The notes beneath the pieces are model-generated. The model made no database searches and was not told the DNA's origin. It saw only the letters and a list, made by a program, of their open reading frames with translations. A stretch of DNA of 64,000 bases, taken from the NCBI RefSeq assembly GCF_009914755.1, contig NC_060927.1; one strand, given 5' to 3'. The DNA comes from the human T2T-CHM13v2.0 reference genome, Homo sapiens. Position 1 is the stretch's first letter; the number at the start of each line of letters is the position of its first letter. Positions 51,083 to 64,000 of this stretch are shown here, piece after piece. The translations under genes and the position numbers were made by a program.

Positions 51083-53603
51083 TGTAAAAAGCCTTTCAAT
51101 TCTCCTCAAACATTTGGATAGGTATGACATTACTGCCAATTGTGTAAGCTCTACTTTATTAGTTCTTGGTATACCGTTGTTCACTGTAGACTGAACTGCT
51201 AGAAAGATGAGATGTTAAAATTCAATATAAACTTGAAGAATTTTGTATAATTATAATTATACAAAATATAGGTAGGGTGCACAATGTTATCAAATGTTTA
51301 TCAGTATCAAATGAAATCACCTTTGATAAGCTGCTTTTGAAAATGCTGCCTTTTTAAAGAAATCGTTAATTATTGACATCTGTCAGTACTAACATTGTGG
51401 TAGCTGCTCTACAGATGTAATTTTGACTTAACTAAGGTTTCCTCACTTGTAAAAATGATTTGGCAGTGGGTTTGTGAAAGGGAACCAGGTTTCTTTTCAA
51501 TCCAAGTCTGTCAATTATAAAAGATAGCCTTGGTCTTAGAGAGTTGTGGTAGGTGTTGTGAGTAAAAGTTTCTGATATTTCAAAAATAAGAAAATTGGGT
51601 ATATTTGTAGTTCTTTGTTCTCTTTATTCACTGAAGTGAGTACCTGTTGTCTCTTTTCCTGTATCCTGTCTACGTTGGCTTTGGTGATGTGGGTTGTGTG
51701 CTCTATAGGAAATACACATTAGCAGTGACTATTACACACTGGTGAAATACTCAGGAGTAGTACAAGAATTTCTATTGGTTGTCATGTGTAAAAATACAGT
51801 GTTTCCCTCCATAATGTTTTATGGATGAAGCAGGCTTTTGAATAATAGTACATTCTTAGTCCAAATGAAAGAAAAAGAGAACTGAGGATTAAAAGGGAAT
51901 GAGAACACTTGGGTAAGTTCCAGAGAGGATTTCCTTACACATTCGGGTTCTGAGAGTTCTAAGATGACCATTCCCACCCCTCCCAAATCAAAGGGAAAAA
52001 TATCTGAACGTTGATTTGAAAATGGTTCAAAACCTTTCACCTCCAGAAGCCTTCCTTAATCACTTCTCTCTGTCCCTTCAGCATTTATATTCAGTGCTCA
52101 ATTTATACTACAGGTCTACTTCAGTTTGTCAATATGGTCTGGAATTTAAACTATGGAAATGATCATTTAAAATATTGACGGTCTGTGGTGGGACTAAATA
52201 AAACTTGCAGGTAGGTTCCTGCCAAGGACCCCAGAAGGGTGATGGATGATCACTCAAAACTGGTATAGTTCACAAGAAGGAAGTGGCAAAGGTTCTGGGG
52301 GAGGAATATGGTATGTCAACCTAATCTTTGTTTTTCGAAAGACATTTGCTTACTTTTAGCAGGGTCAAGGATGGAGTTGCTGCTTGAGCTTCACTGTGTT
52401 AACAATGAAGGTTGCTTTTATGTGCTGCTGCTAGGGCTGCTCAGAGAAGATACACGTCATGTGAATTCCCTGCCCTACTTTTTTTTTTTTTAACATGTTC
52501 AATTGCTGCTGCTTTTAAATTTAGGCTTATTAATGGGGAAGGAGGCTTGAGAGTAGGAATACAAGAGAGAAAAACCCATTATAGTCCTTTTATTGTACTG
52601 ACCAGTCTACTGTTGTCGTTCTTATTCATTCTTTAATAGAAACTGTTCAGGCATGCAACAGGAAAATCTTCCATTTTAACTCTTTCAACCAAGGTTTAAG
52701 TTTTTGTGAAAAGTGATATACTTAAATTAACTGAGGATGTGGACTTGATAACAAATATGCTGTCGCTGTTCACTGTCTAAGGGATACATCGGTTCCATAT
52801 GGTGAAGGTTACTTAATAGTACTTGTTAATAGGTACACAACTCAGTGTTGCTTTGTTATTTATGTGAGTATGTGCTAATCTTTAGATAGTCCTTTAGGGA
52901 AAGAGAGCCTTTTGACCCCTTTATTTATTAATATACTCAATAACTGCTGTTTGACAGACTTACAAGTTAAGTGTAGAAAGTTAAATACTTGAATTTTATG
53001 TAATTTTACAATATTTTATACCTAGCAAGACAGCATATCATGTACATGCTTTATGTCATTTTTTATATAGCTGTGGAGTACTTGAAAAACTTCTTGGTGT
53101 AAAATATAATACATGTAAATATTCATTCTAAAGTTATCTTCAAGTCATAGAAATCTCTTGGACCCATAGAAACTTGAAAATAAAAGCAAGATTGATGAAT
53201 TTGCTACTTATGTGAATTAATAAAGTGCTAATGATTAATGTCAAAATAGTTTTTCTCTTTGCCTTTATGTATACATCCAAGGTTTTGAAATGGGTTGGAT
53301 ATTTTAAAAATATGAAAATGATATAAGCATATTTTAAAAGTCTAGATTTTGAGAATTCCTTACATGTGAGCACTGTTGTCAGTCCCAGTTAGTAACCTTA
53401 GGCGTGCTGAAAGAGAAGTAAGTTTCAGACCAAGGGTGAAATTTCTTGGTAGTCTGTAGGGCGAGTTAATTGATAGTAAAAAGATGGGAGCTTCACTTGA
53501 TGGTTGTAATTTAGTAGCAAGTTACAAATAATTGGGGCTGACACTGAAAGAATAGCAGAATTGAGTTTTAGCTTACCATTGTATTTGTTTTCTCTTACTA
53601 AAG

Positions 53604-53713
53604 GAAAAGTAATTGGAAAAAATGGCAAAGTTATTCAAGAAATAGTGGACAAATCTGGTGTGGTTCGAGTGAGAATTGAAGGGGACAATGAAAATAAATT
53701 ACCCAGAGAAGAC
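53604..53713 (+). CDS. FXR1: FXR1 exon 10, KH2 domain with GKNG loop
   Basis: ctaaag|GA ... GAC|gtaagt; 110 nt; encodes [36 protein letters not shown]. Ile304 codon at 53633-53635. Confidence 0.97.
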
Positions 53714-54026
53714 GTAAGTATTTAAAATGTAATCTGCCTCTTTAAAATGTCCTTTTTTTGGCCAACTTAATAGTTGTAAACATTTTGTCTGTTTTATCTG
53801 ATACAGAGGGTTTTTCTTCTTTTTAAAATTATGTTTTTATAATATTATTTCATACACTTAGAAAACAAGTCATTTTCTACTATGTGGGCCTTGTTCTTAG
53901 TTGTTTTGATAGTACTTCAGTAAAAAAAGCCAGTTCTTGACATAAAGATTTCTATTTGATAATCTTAACAGTTATTTTTCATACGTAGAGTGTAAAGCTG
54001 TAGAACTTGATACTCCAAAAGGAATT

Positions 54027-54472
54027 TTTTTTTTCAATAGTTTTTGGGGTATAGGTGGTTTTTGGTTACATGGTTAAGCTGCTTCAGTGGTGATTTCTGA
54101 GATTTTAGTGCACCTGTCACCTGAGCACTGTACACTGTATCCAATATGTAGTCTTTTATCTCTCACCCCCCTCCCAACCTTCCTCCACACTGAGTCTCCA
54201 AAGTCCATTATAGCATTCTTTTGCCTTTGCGTCTTCATAGCTAAGCTCCCACTTACAAGTGAGAACATATGATATTTGGTTTTCCATTCCTGAATTACTT
54301 CATTTAGAATAATGGCCTCCATCCAAGTTGCTGCAAAAGACATTATTTTGTTCCTTTTTATGGCTGAGTAATATTCCATGGTATATATATACCACATTTT
54401 TTTTGTATCCACCCATTGGTTGATGGGCACTGAGGTTGGTTCCATATCTTTGCCATTGTGAACTGTGCTGAC
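54027..54472 (-). mobile_element. 5'-truncated L1 (L1PB-like), ORF2 C-terminus plus 3'UTR
   Basis: ORF 54074..54532 encodes KKMWYIYTMEYYSAIKRNKIMSFAATWME, the L1 ORF2p tail; TSD AAAGGAATT at 54018-54026 and 54473-54481. Confidence 0.9.
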
Positions 54473-54507
54473 AAAGGAATTCTTGATTGTACTCTCCTTA
54501 ACTATTT

Positions 54508-54985
<478 letters not shown>

Positions 54986-56242
54986 CTGTTAATTCGTTAA
55001 TTCTGATCCTAGCTTTCTAAAATTTTTTGTCGTGTTTCTTCCCACATGTTGATGATGTTTTGTCTCCTTAAAATTCCTGTTTTTTGGTCATATCATTAAT
55101 GCTGTACAATGAGTTTTTTATGAGAATGTTTAGTGTTTTTTTTTTTCCTGAGATTTTGATTATCCTTAGAACAGAAACTATTCTTATACATTAGCAGAAG
55201 ATTCTGGCAGTTAACAAATAGATGTTATTTGGAATTAGGTAACTAGATGAAATTGGCTGGCTCGGTTGCTAATTTTATGACTTCAGCAAGTTACTTTGTT
55301 AACTGTAAAACTGGTAATACTATTTCTTAGTCAATTTTTAAATGAGTATTAAATCAAATACATGAAATGAATAATCCAGACCTGAAAACAGGCTATGTGC
55401 TTAAGATTTTTTTAGGTTCTTGCCCTCCCACCCCCCTTTTTATTCACTTTGAATGCCCTTTTATCTGCTTGTGAACTCCTGAGGACAGTGTTAAGACTTC
55501 TTCACTCCCTAATCTTAAATAAGGAGTTTCCCTTGTTTCATGCTTTCATAGTTGAAATGACTTCTTCAAAGCCACTGTGAACCTCTGTAATAGCTGTGCT
55601 ATATCCCTAGCACTTGCCCTGTTGCCTAAGTTTTAAATGAACCATATCTAAAAATCATTACTCTTAAAAATTACTTTGAAAATAATTGAGTCATATATAG
55701 AACTAAAATGTCTTAAACCACGCTTAGTTTCATATTTAGAACAAAAAAATCCCTAAACCATTCTGTTTAACTGTTAGAAACCATTCTGTAAAATGAAGAA
55801 AATGGGAGACATGGAAACTGATTGGGGGAGTTAAGCTTTACTCTCATTTTTCTCAGCCATTAAGAAGCTGGAAGTATGTTTCTTTAAAGAAGAAAAATTC
55901 ACAGTGTGCCATCTTATTTCTCTTTTCTGCCACTTTTTAAAAATCTTCTTATTCAGAAGTTCAGCAAAGTAAACCAAGTCTGGCCTAATACTTTGATTTA
56001 CTTGAATACCTCTACGTATCTTAATAATTCCTTTAATTTTACATTGTGTAAATATTTATGCTCTGGAGGTGATATTTCTTTTAGTGGTCAGGAAGTACCT
56101 CTTGTAGTACACAGACACTCAAGATTTTGTTACCTGAGCACATACTGTAGGGATAACTGGGTTAATGTGCTTTATTATGCTTTAAAGCTATACCTACTAA
56201 GGTGATGTATCTATCTAGTCTGTAAGTTTATAGACAGTTTGA

Positions 56243-56549
<307 letters not shown>

Positions 56550-56833
56550 AGAAAATCATTTTAACTTTAAAAGTTGATTTATATACTTGGAAAATTAAAT
56601 TAATTATAAATCAGAAAACTTGATATAAACTGATTTTTTAAAATTATTTTTAAAGTGTTTAGCACACAGAAGACAATTTACAACAGTAAATTGGGGTGCA
56701 AATATGACAAGTTATTGAAAATCTGAGTATTTCAACTTACATGGATTTTAGCATTTTTTTCTCCTTAAATCTTGAAGTTTAGTACATGTAAATTGCTGCG
56801 TGTTTCAGAAGAGTTTTCCTAATTATATATTGG

Positions 56834-57168
<335 letters not shown>

Positions 57169-57252
57169 CCTGCCTGTCAGTTTCATGTCACTTTTAGGCT
57201 AGAACTTTGTTAAAATATTAAACACTGAATACTTTTTTTTTTTTTTAAACAG

Positions 57253-57339
57253 GGTATGGTTCCATTTGTATTTGTTGGCACTAAAGAAAGCATTGGAAAT
57301 GTGCAGGTTCTTCTAGAGTATCATATTGCCTATCTAAAG
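57253..57339 (+). CDS. FXR1: FXR1 exon 11 ([29 protein letters not shown])
   Basis: T-tract aaacag|GGT ... AAG|gtttgt; 87 nt. Confidence 0.96.
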
Positions 57340-58667
57340 GTTTGTATACGGTTCATACTATATTCTGATATTGTTGCTGCATTTACTACATAAATGTTGT
57401 ACATTTGCTACAAATTTAAAATGTCCTCACATTAAACATTTTATATTTGAAGTAAACTTCAAATCTTTAAATATTTTTTGTTAATTCAGCTTCAGATTTG
57501 CCATTGTTCTACATGAGAATTTAAAAAGTCCTTTGTCATCATAAAATGATTGGCCTTGTGTGCATAATTTCTCTTCTTTCTGAGCTTTTATATTTCTTTC
57601 TTTCTTAAGAAATGATTCCTTTGTCTTCATGCAATTTGACTCTCAGATCACTTATGTATCTGCATGTTCATACTGGAGCCATTTTGTTTTTACTTTTGTA
57701 CTTTACATACAAATAGGGTACAGAACCAGGAGTGACATTGGGCTTCCTTGGTAACTTTGGCATTATGCAAATCATCTGCATCATCTCCACTGACATTACT
57801 CGATAATTTGTAACCATTGTTAACAAAATAGTCTATTTGAGTTGATACATAAAGAGCAAGGGTTTTTAGAAAAATATGACCCATAAATTATTAAACATTT
57901 TAATTTTATTTTCTACTCTTTCCCTTTTATTCCTGCTGTGTTTCTTTTTAAAGTATAATAATATCCTCACCTGTTCTCTGCCTCTAGTATGTTTTCCTCC
58001 CAGTCTGTCGTATCATTGTTGCTGTTACTATTTTGAGATCACTCTGATAATGTCATTTCTTTTCTTTTGAAATTCATCTTTATATGAAAAGTCGCAATTA
58101 AAGCTGGCATTTTGAAGCCAGTGCTTTATCTTTCAGTACTCATCTTTTAACCAAGAGCTTTCTCTAGACATCTAACCTTTGCATCCTGTAATGACCTCAA
58201 TTTCTGAATGACAAAGTCTAGCACTCCTTCTAGGTCACAACTCGTGTCACTGCTTTGATAGGAAAGTAGCTTGTTAATAGTACCTTTCATAGATGCTACC
58301 TGTATCTCATTCAGCAATTCTAACTCCTTGAGGGCAAAATCTGGTAATATTGTATAATTGTTAGCTATTTAATAAATAACTTATTTTAAAGCTGTCTGTT
58401 AAACATCCCCTTGATTGGGGAGAGTCCATGTCTTCTTTTATATTGTATGCCTATAGTAGCATGTTTGGCACACTCTAGACCATTCAGTAAATGTTGAACA
58501 GAAACAGCAAATGACCTCATCAATTCTGTTGACTAGGAACACAATGCTCTTTACCATCTAATTGCCTAAGGTCACAGCTTTGATAGGGAGTACAGCTTTA
58601 GCTTTAGGCTTTAGGAAAACAAAAAGTTATATATAAGAAGACTTACTCTTTTTTGTTTTGATTGTAG

Positions 58668-58725
58668 GAAGTAGAACAGCTAAGAATGGAACGCCTACAG
58701 ATTGATGAACAGCTGCGACAGATTG
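58668..58725 (+). CDS. FXR1: FXR1 exon 12 ([19 protein letters not shown]), NES-like helix
   Basis: ttgtag|GAA ... G|gtatgg; 58 nt. Confidence 0.95.
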
Positions 58726-58812
58726 GTATGGGTTTCAGACCTTCTTCCACCAGAGGGCCTGAAAAAGAGAAAGGATATGCCACTGATGAAAGTACCGTCT
58801 CTTCTGTACAAG
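58726..58812 (+). CDS. FXR1: 87-nt in-frame retained intron (exitron) adding 29 aa, [29 protein letters not shown]
   Basis: Begins GT, ends AG, length is a multiple of 3, no in-frame stop; covered by ORF 58686..59000. Confidence 0.85.
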
Positions 58813-58875
58813 GTTCTAGGTCTTATAGCGGAAGAGGCAGAGGTCGTCGGGGACCTAATTACACCTCCGGTTATG
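58813..58875 (+). CDS. FXR1: FXR1 exon 13 ([20 protein letters not shown])
   Basis: tacaag|GT ... G|gtaaaa; 63 nt. Confidence 0.95.
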
Positions 58876-60457
58876 GTAAAAAAAAATTTTTTTTTTTTTT
58901 TTTTGGTAATAGTAATAATAGTAGTTATAGTTTAGGTGCTCTAACACATTTTCTTATAATTAGTTCATTACTCTGTCTTGGCTTTGAGGGTAGAAGGTAG
59001 TTCTGAAGGTTTAGTACACGTCTTAATAGTAGTGATAGTATACATTAAAATGACAGTAAAATATATAAAATTTCCAAGCAGTTATGTAATGAAGCAAAGC
59101 ATGTTTTTAAGTTGGTAGTTCATTGTCATGTTTATTATATTTACAAAGAATACATATGTAACTTGTTTTTCAAATACTTTACTAGTACAGTTTTATACAT
59201 TTCCCAGTAAATACCTAGTAATGGTGGTGGTGATACTTCTAGGAATCATCTTTTGTCTACCCTCTTTAAGTAAAAAATGAAAAGTGTGCGAATCACTGCC
59301 AAGATTGCATATAGCAAGTCTTTTTACTAGCTTTTAAAAAATATTTTACTTACTCATTTGGCGTATTTGAATATATTAACATCTCACATCTGGAATTATT
59401 TTATTTAACAACATTTCACTAAAATGAAGACTCTGAAAGCCAGAATCTAATTTAACACTTTATAAATGAACATTTTCTAAAATGTATTTCACTGTGAGGA
59501 TTGGGTCTAACCCAGATAGGAAGGGGGACAGTGGAGTGGTGATAGTCAACAATTCTCTAATCCTAAATTCTCCCTTATTCTTCTTCAGCTTTGGAGTTGT
59601 TCCATTTTTCTACATTTGGACTTGGATCTTAGCAGTGACCTGATTTGTTTTTTTCCTTCGCCCCTTCTCTTTATTTTCTCTTTTCCTTTTCTTTTCTTCA
59701 CTCCTATACTTACTCCCTTTTGAGGAAATATAAAACCTTTTCCAAAATGTAAGGCATTTAAGGAAAATAGAAATAAATGCAAATTTCATGCTTTAATTGA
59801 AGGATCATCTAATGCTGACAAAGTTATATTAAACCTGAACTATCTTCAATTTGTTGTAGAGTTGTAAGTTTGTGTCCCTGCCCTTTAATATCATATCTTT
59901 ATGTTCTCATTTTCTTATATATGTTTTTATTTAATGCAGTATTGAAACCTAAACAGCAAAATTCTAATAAAGAAGTGTTCAGCATATAAAGGGATGAAAA
60001 TTGCAGACTATTATTATATTTCTGAAAATGTTTAATGCAAAAGACAGTTAACCAGTAATCACATAGAAATCAAATATATTCTCATTGATTTTTGAACCAT
60101 ACATTATTAGCATAGATAATCAGACTTGGCTTATTGGATGATGCGTATGATGAATTCATTGAATAATTTTATTAGCTTTTGTGGGAAGTCGGCTTATTGA
60201 TGAGAGCTTACTCTGGCAAAATGCTTTTGTTGAGAGTAGATAATTATGTGAGAGGTAGAGAAACATCTGGATTCAAGAAAGCTGTGCAAATTGTTCAGTA
60301 GATGGCACTCTTAGCTCTGAATCTTAGTGGAATTGATAACATTTTATTTCTTGAAATAGTTACTGAACCTGAGTGGGCTTGGAAAAGCAAGAAAAACCAT
60401 TTGAATTTGGTTGTAGACGTTCATGTATACATTATATCAGAGGGACTTGTAGTTGAT

Positions 60458-60483
60458 TTATATATATATATATATATATATAT
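60458..60483. repeat. (TA)n microsatellite
   Basis: Read directly. Confidence 0.95.
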
Positions 60484-60539
60484 AATGAGTACTGTAGTTT
60501 TATCAGTTTAATAGGAACTATAAGAAACATTTCCCAGTA

Positions 60540-60662
60540 TAACATCTCTGAAGTTGGTATGTGTGTTAAATTGGACATCTTACAACTTTAGCAGCATTTT
60601 CTTTTTTAATGGCACATAAAATAATGTCTTAAAATTGATGGCCTCTTGGAGTCGATAAAACG
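60540..60662. mobile_element. MER104-like fragment
   Basis: aacatctctgaa...aaattgatggcctcttggagtcgataaaa; reverse-complement similar to ~63095-63180. Confidence 0.5.
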
Positions 60663-60804
60663 TGATTATTTTTAGCTGTTAAGCTTAGCACAACCAACCA
60701 TTGAAAAATGATATAAACCATCTTCATAAGGTGATTTTAGAAGTTTGAGGGGAAAATATGATTTTAAAATTGGTTAAAAACACGATGTCATTATGTTTTG
60801 TTAC

Positions 60805-61096
<292 letters not shown>

Positions 61097-61202
61097 TAGT
61101 GTCATTACTTTTAAAGCTTGTTTAAAAAAACGACTTTGAATCACCAACCTGTGTTTTACAAAATTGAGAGGCTGGAATAAATGGTTTCCCTGATTTTATT
61201 AG

Positions 61203-61615
61203 AGTATTTGTTTTCTATTGCAGTAATAAATTATCACAAACTTAGAGGCTTGACCACAGAAATTTATTATCTTATAGTTCTGTTGGTCAGAAGGCTGACA
61301 TGGGTCTCACTAGGCTAAAATCTTGTCAGCTGGGCTACGTTTCTTTCTGGAAAGTCTAGCGGGGATTCCCCTTTCAGTAGTTTAGAAAATTTCTCTACTT
61401 TTAAAGACCCAGTGAGATTAGTTTGGACCCACCTGGATAATCCAGGATAATCTCTCTATCTCAAGGTCCTTAACCTTAGTCACATTTGCAGAGTCCTTTT
61501 TGCTATCACAGAAACATTTAATATGTGTTATTAACAGTTATTTAATATGAGTAATGTTGAGCACTAGCCAATACATTAAAATTTTGGGGGGTACGGCCTC
61601 AATATCTGTTTTACC
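61203..61615 (-). mobile_element. MaLR LTR (MLT1C/D-like)
   Basis: cacaaacttagaggctt...aaatttattatcttatagttctg...cccacctggataatccaggataatctc. Confidence 0.8.
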
Positions 61616-62930
61616 TGCTGAAATCTATGATTTAGACATTCCCTCTAAGTCTCTTGAATACTATATGTAGGTTAAATTTAAGGAAGACTTTACTTGCTGT
61701 GACACGGGGTTAGATAAATACTACACTGGATTTCTAAGGATACTTCAATATGAACTTTTGAGAGAGTCTTCAGAATGAAGTATTCTTCATTTGCCCTGAA
61801 TTTTGGTAATGTTTTCAGGTAGGGTATAGGTTTGTAAATAAATTCAGAAGTTCTTAAACATTCTGAAAGGCTTTTTTTTTCACTATTCAAGGAAAGATAA
61901 ATTGCCTTCATTACAACTTTTATGACATCCTGTTAATAAAGTACTTTTTGTCATTTGGTGAAATAAATGTTAGGGGAAATTAATTCCCTTCCCTGAGATT
62001 CTAATCCCAACAAAGAATTGAAAGTGAGTAATAGAAATTTGATGTATTCTTTGAAAAATACACATCCAACTAATTACCTAATTGTTTTTATAATTGACTA
62101 GTTACATCTATTAACACCATGTAGAGAAAAGGTAGGCATCCTAGAGTTATCGTTAAAGGAGAAAGGAAGTGAGGCACCTTCATGTATAAAACTTTACATT
62201 TTATTCCCTGCACCTTAATACTTAAAACTTCTTATGTCTGAAGAGCTCTTGTTTGCATTTTTCCTCAAATGATTGCAGAGTTTAAATATAGGGAACTTCA
62301 AGGTATTTCATGAAATCACTCTTATCTGAGAGTTTAGCAAATGAACTTCAAAATAATGCAGCAAATTATTTGGTTGAGAAAATTGTTATACACTCTGCCA
62401 GGCATTTGAGGACATATAAGATGGAGTTCCACCCTTTATCATAGACCAATTTTGAAGTAATTCCACAGGGGGAAAAAATAACAACATGGCACAGTCTGTG
62501 ATAGATGTGGGGCGATTTTAGGATAACAAAAAATGGGGAGAGATCTGTCTTAGTTGCAGTGGTCTGAAGTTAGAATTTGAACTAGGCCCTGAAGGAGATA
62601 TATTTGGTCATATAAGAGGGAAAGAAGAAGTGGCATCCCAGAACTAACAAGTGGAAATGAATATGATAGTGATTGAGTCATATGTATCTGACATTTGAGT
62701 TACAGTAATTATTAAATAATGATAATGTAGGCCTCTGATTATATCTTTGTGGTGTTTAAATAAATTTTTGAAAGGTCACCATTACAATAGTTGCAGTGTT
62801 AGAAATGGTCTGTAAACTTTTAAAGGCAATGCTGAATATTTGTCTCACTGGTCATGGCTTCAGTTCTGTTGTCAGGTGAGAGACCTTCTGTTTCAGAGAA
62901 ACCTTAAATTCTGTTTAGTAATTGCAAATA

Positions 62931-63024
62931 TTAGGTTGGTGCAAAAGTAATTGCAGTTTTTGCCATTAAAAGTAAGAAAAGCAAAAAGTAAAAGTAGTTA
63001 CTTTTAATGGCAAAAACCGCAATT
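62931..63024. mobile_element. MADE1 (Hsmar1-derived MITE), rearranged
   Basis: TA followed by TTAGGTTGGTGCAAAAGTAATTGCAGTTTTTGCCATTA TIR; partial inverted copy. Confidence 0.88.
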
Positions 63025-63039
63025 TAAGATGCTAGTAAA

Positions 63040-63180
63040 ACATGCCATCATTTTATATACAACCTACTGGAAAAATTACTTCTAGCTTATAATAAAGATG
63101 CCATCAATTATAAGAAATATCTTGATTTCAGAGATGTTAACATGTGAAAAGTATACCCTAGAATCAATGAAATTATGGTG
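63040..63180. mobile_element. MER104/Kanga-like end fragment
   Basis: aagatgccatcaattataagaaatatcttgatttcagagatgttaa, closely similar to ~21418-21463. Confidence 0.6.
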
Positions 63181-63450
63181 AAATACACTATACAGTTAAA
63201 CTATTCAGTTTTCTAAATATGATTAATTTACTCAAATATTGAAGTTATTTTTATTGTACTAATAATTTAGGTTACTAAAACCCAAATCAGCAGAAACATT
63301 TGACTATCCATACTAAGTACATTCTAATATTGATAAATGATGTTCTGTATGGTTTTTTTTTTTTGGTGCCAAAACCTAGGAATTAATGTTCTGTATATTT
63401 TCTGTAATTTTTCTGTTGACTGCATTTCTGCACATCAGTTTTTTTTTTAA

Positions 63451-63591
63451 CTTCCATGACTTTGTATTTCCTGGATATTATCCCCTTTTGCTGATGAGAT
63501 GGTCACACCTTTGACTATATTACATGACATAGCACATCTTAGCAGACTGCAGTGAGGGATTCTTCTGCTGGTTTTGAAGAAGTGAGCGGCC
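63451..63591. mobile_element. MLT1-like fragment between 25-bp direct repeats
   Basis: gctggttttgaagaagtgagcggcc resembles MaLR LTR sequence; flanking repeats read directly. Confidence 0.5.
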
Positions 63592-63833
63592 TTCTGCACA
63601 TCAGTTTATTTTTTAATCTGTATTAACTAGTAGATACTATACTAGTATATTAATAGTATAATAATTGATTATTCCTTAGTACGTTTCAGATTGATTTTAA
63701 CTTTCATGGATCTTTCTTTGAAGCAGCCAAACAGTATTGCTTATTTAAACAATAATTTGTAGGACATAATTTTGAACATTTTAAAAGGCTTTTTATAGAA
63801 ATCTAAGTGGTTTATGTTCTTTTCTTTTCCAAG

Positions 63834-64000
63834 GTACAAATTCTGAGCTGTCTAACCCCTCTGAAACGGAATCTGAGCGTAAAGACGAGCTGAGTGATTG
63901 GTCATTGGCAGGAGAAGATGATCGAGACAGCCGACATCAGCGTGACAGCAGGAGACGCCCAGGAGGAAGAGGCAGAAGTGTTTCAGGGGGTCGAGGTCGT
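63834..64000 (+). CDS. FXR1: FXR1 exon 14, partial ([24 protein letters not shown]...GGRGR), Ser-rich segment and RGG box
   Basis: tttccaag|GT ACA AAT; open to the window end; in phase with exon 13. Confidence 0.96.

Overview
Primate genomic DNA, human or a very close ape. The window holds the 5' ~55 kb of FXR1 (FMR1 autosomal homolog 1) on the + strand, after ~8 kb of repeat-dense upstream sequence. It has a CpG-island promoter (~8.0-9.15 kb), ATG at 8452, 13 complete coding exons with GT-AG junctions that splice in frame, and the start of exon 14, which runs off the window end. The spliced CDS gives 455 codons, or 484 if the 87-nt in-frame exitron between exons 12 and 13 is retained. It encodes tandem Agenet/Tudor domains, KH0, KH1 (GTHG), KH2 (GKNG), an NES-like helix and the start of the RGG region. 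Introns carry roughly 55-60 Alus, L1 fragments, MIR, MaLR/MER21 LTR pieces and DNA-transposon relics (Kanga/MER104, MER33, MADE1). Almost all other ORFs in the track are Alu or L1 artefacts. I found no prokaryote-style novel system. The best leads are a 22-nt intron-1 microexon that stops the canonical ORF and supplies an overlapping in-frame ATG, a 131-nt poison exon, the exitron, frame-symmetric exon blocks between inverted Alus, a stop-free upstream extension of the FXR1 frame, and several atypical insertion scars. Exon coordinates were counted base by base. Repeat boundaries are approximate and subfamily calls are from recalled consensus sequences.
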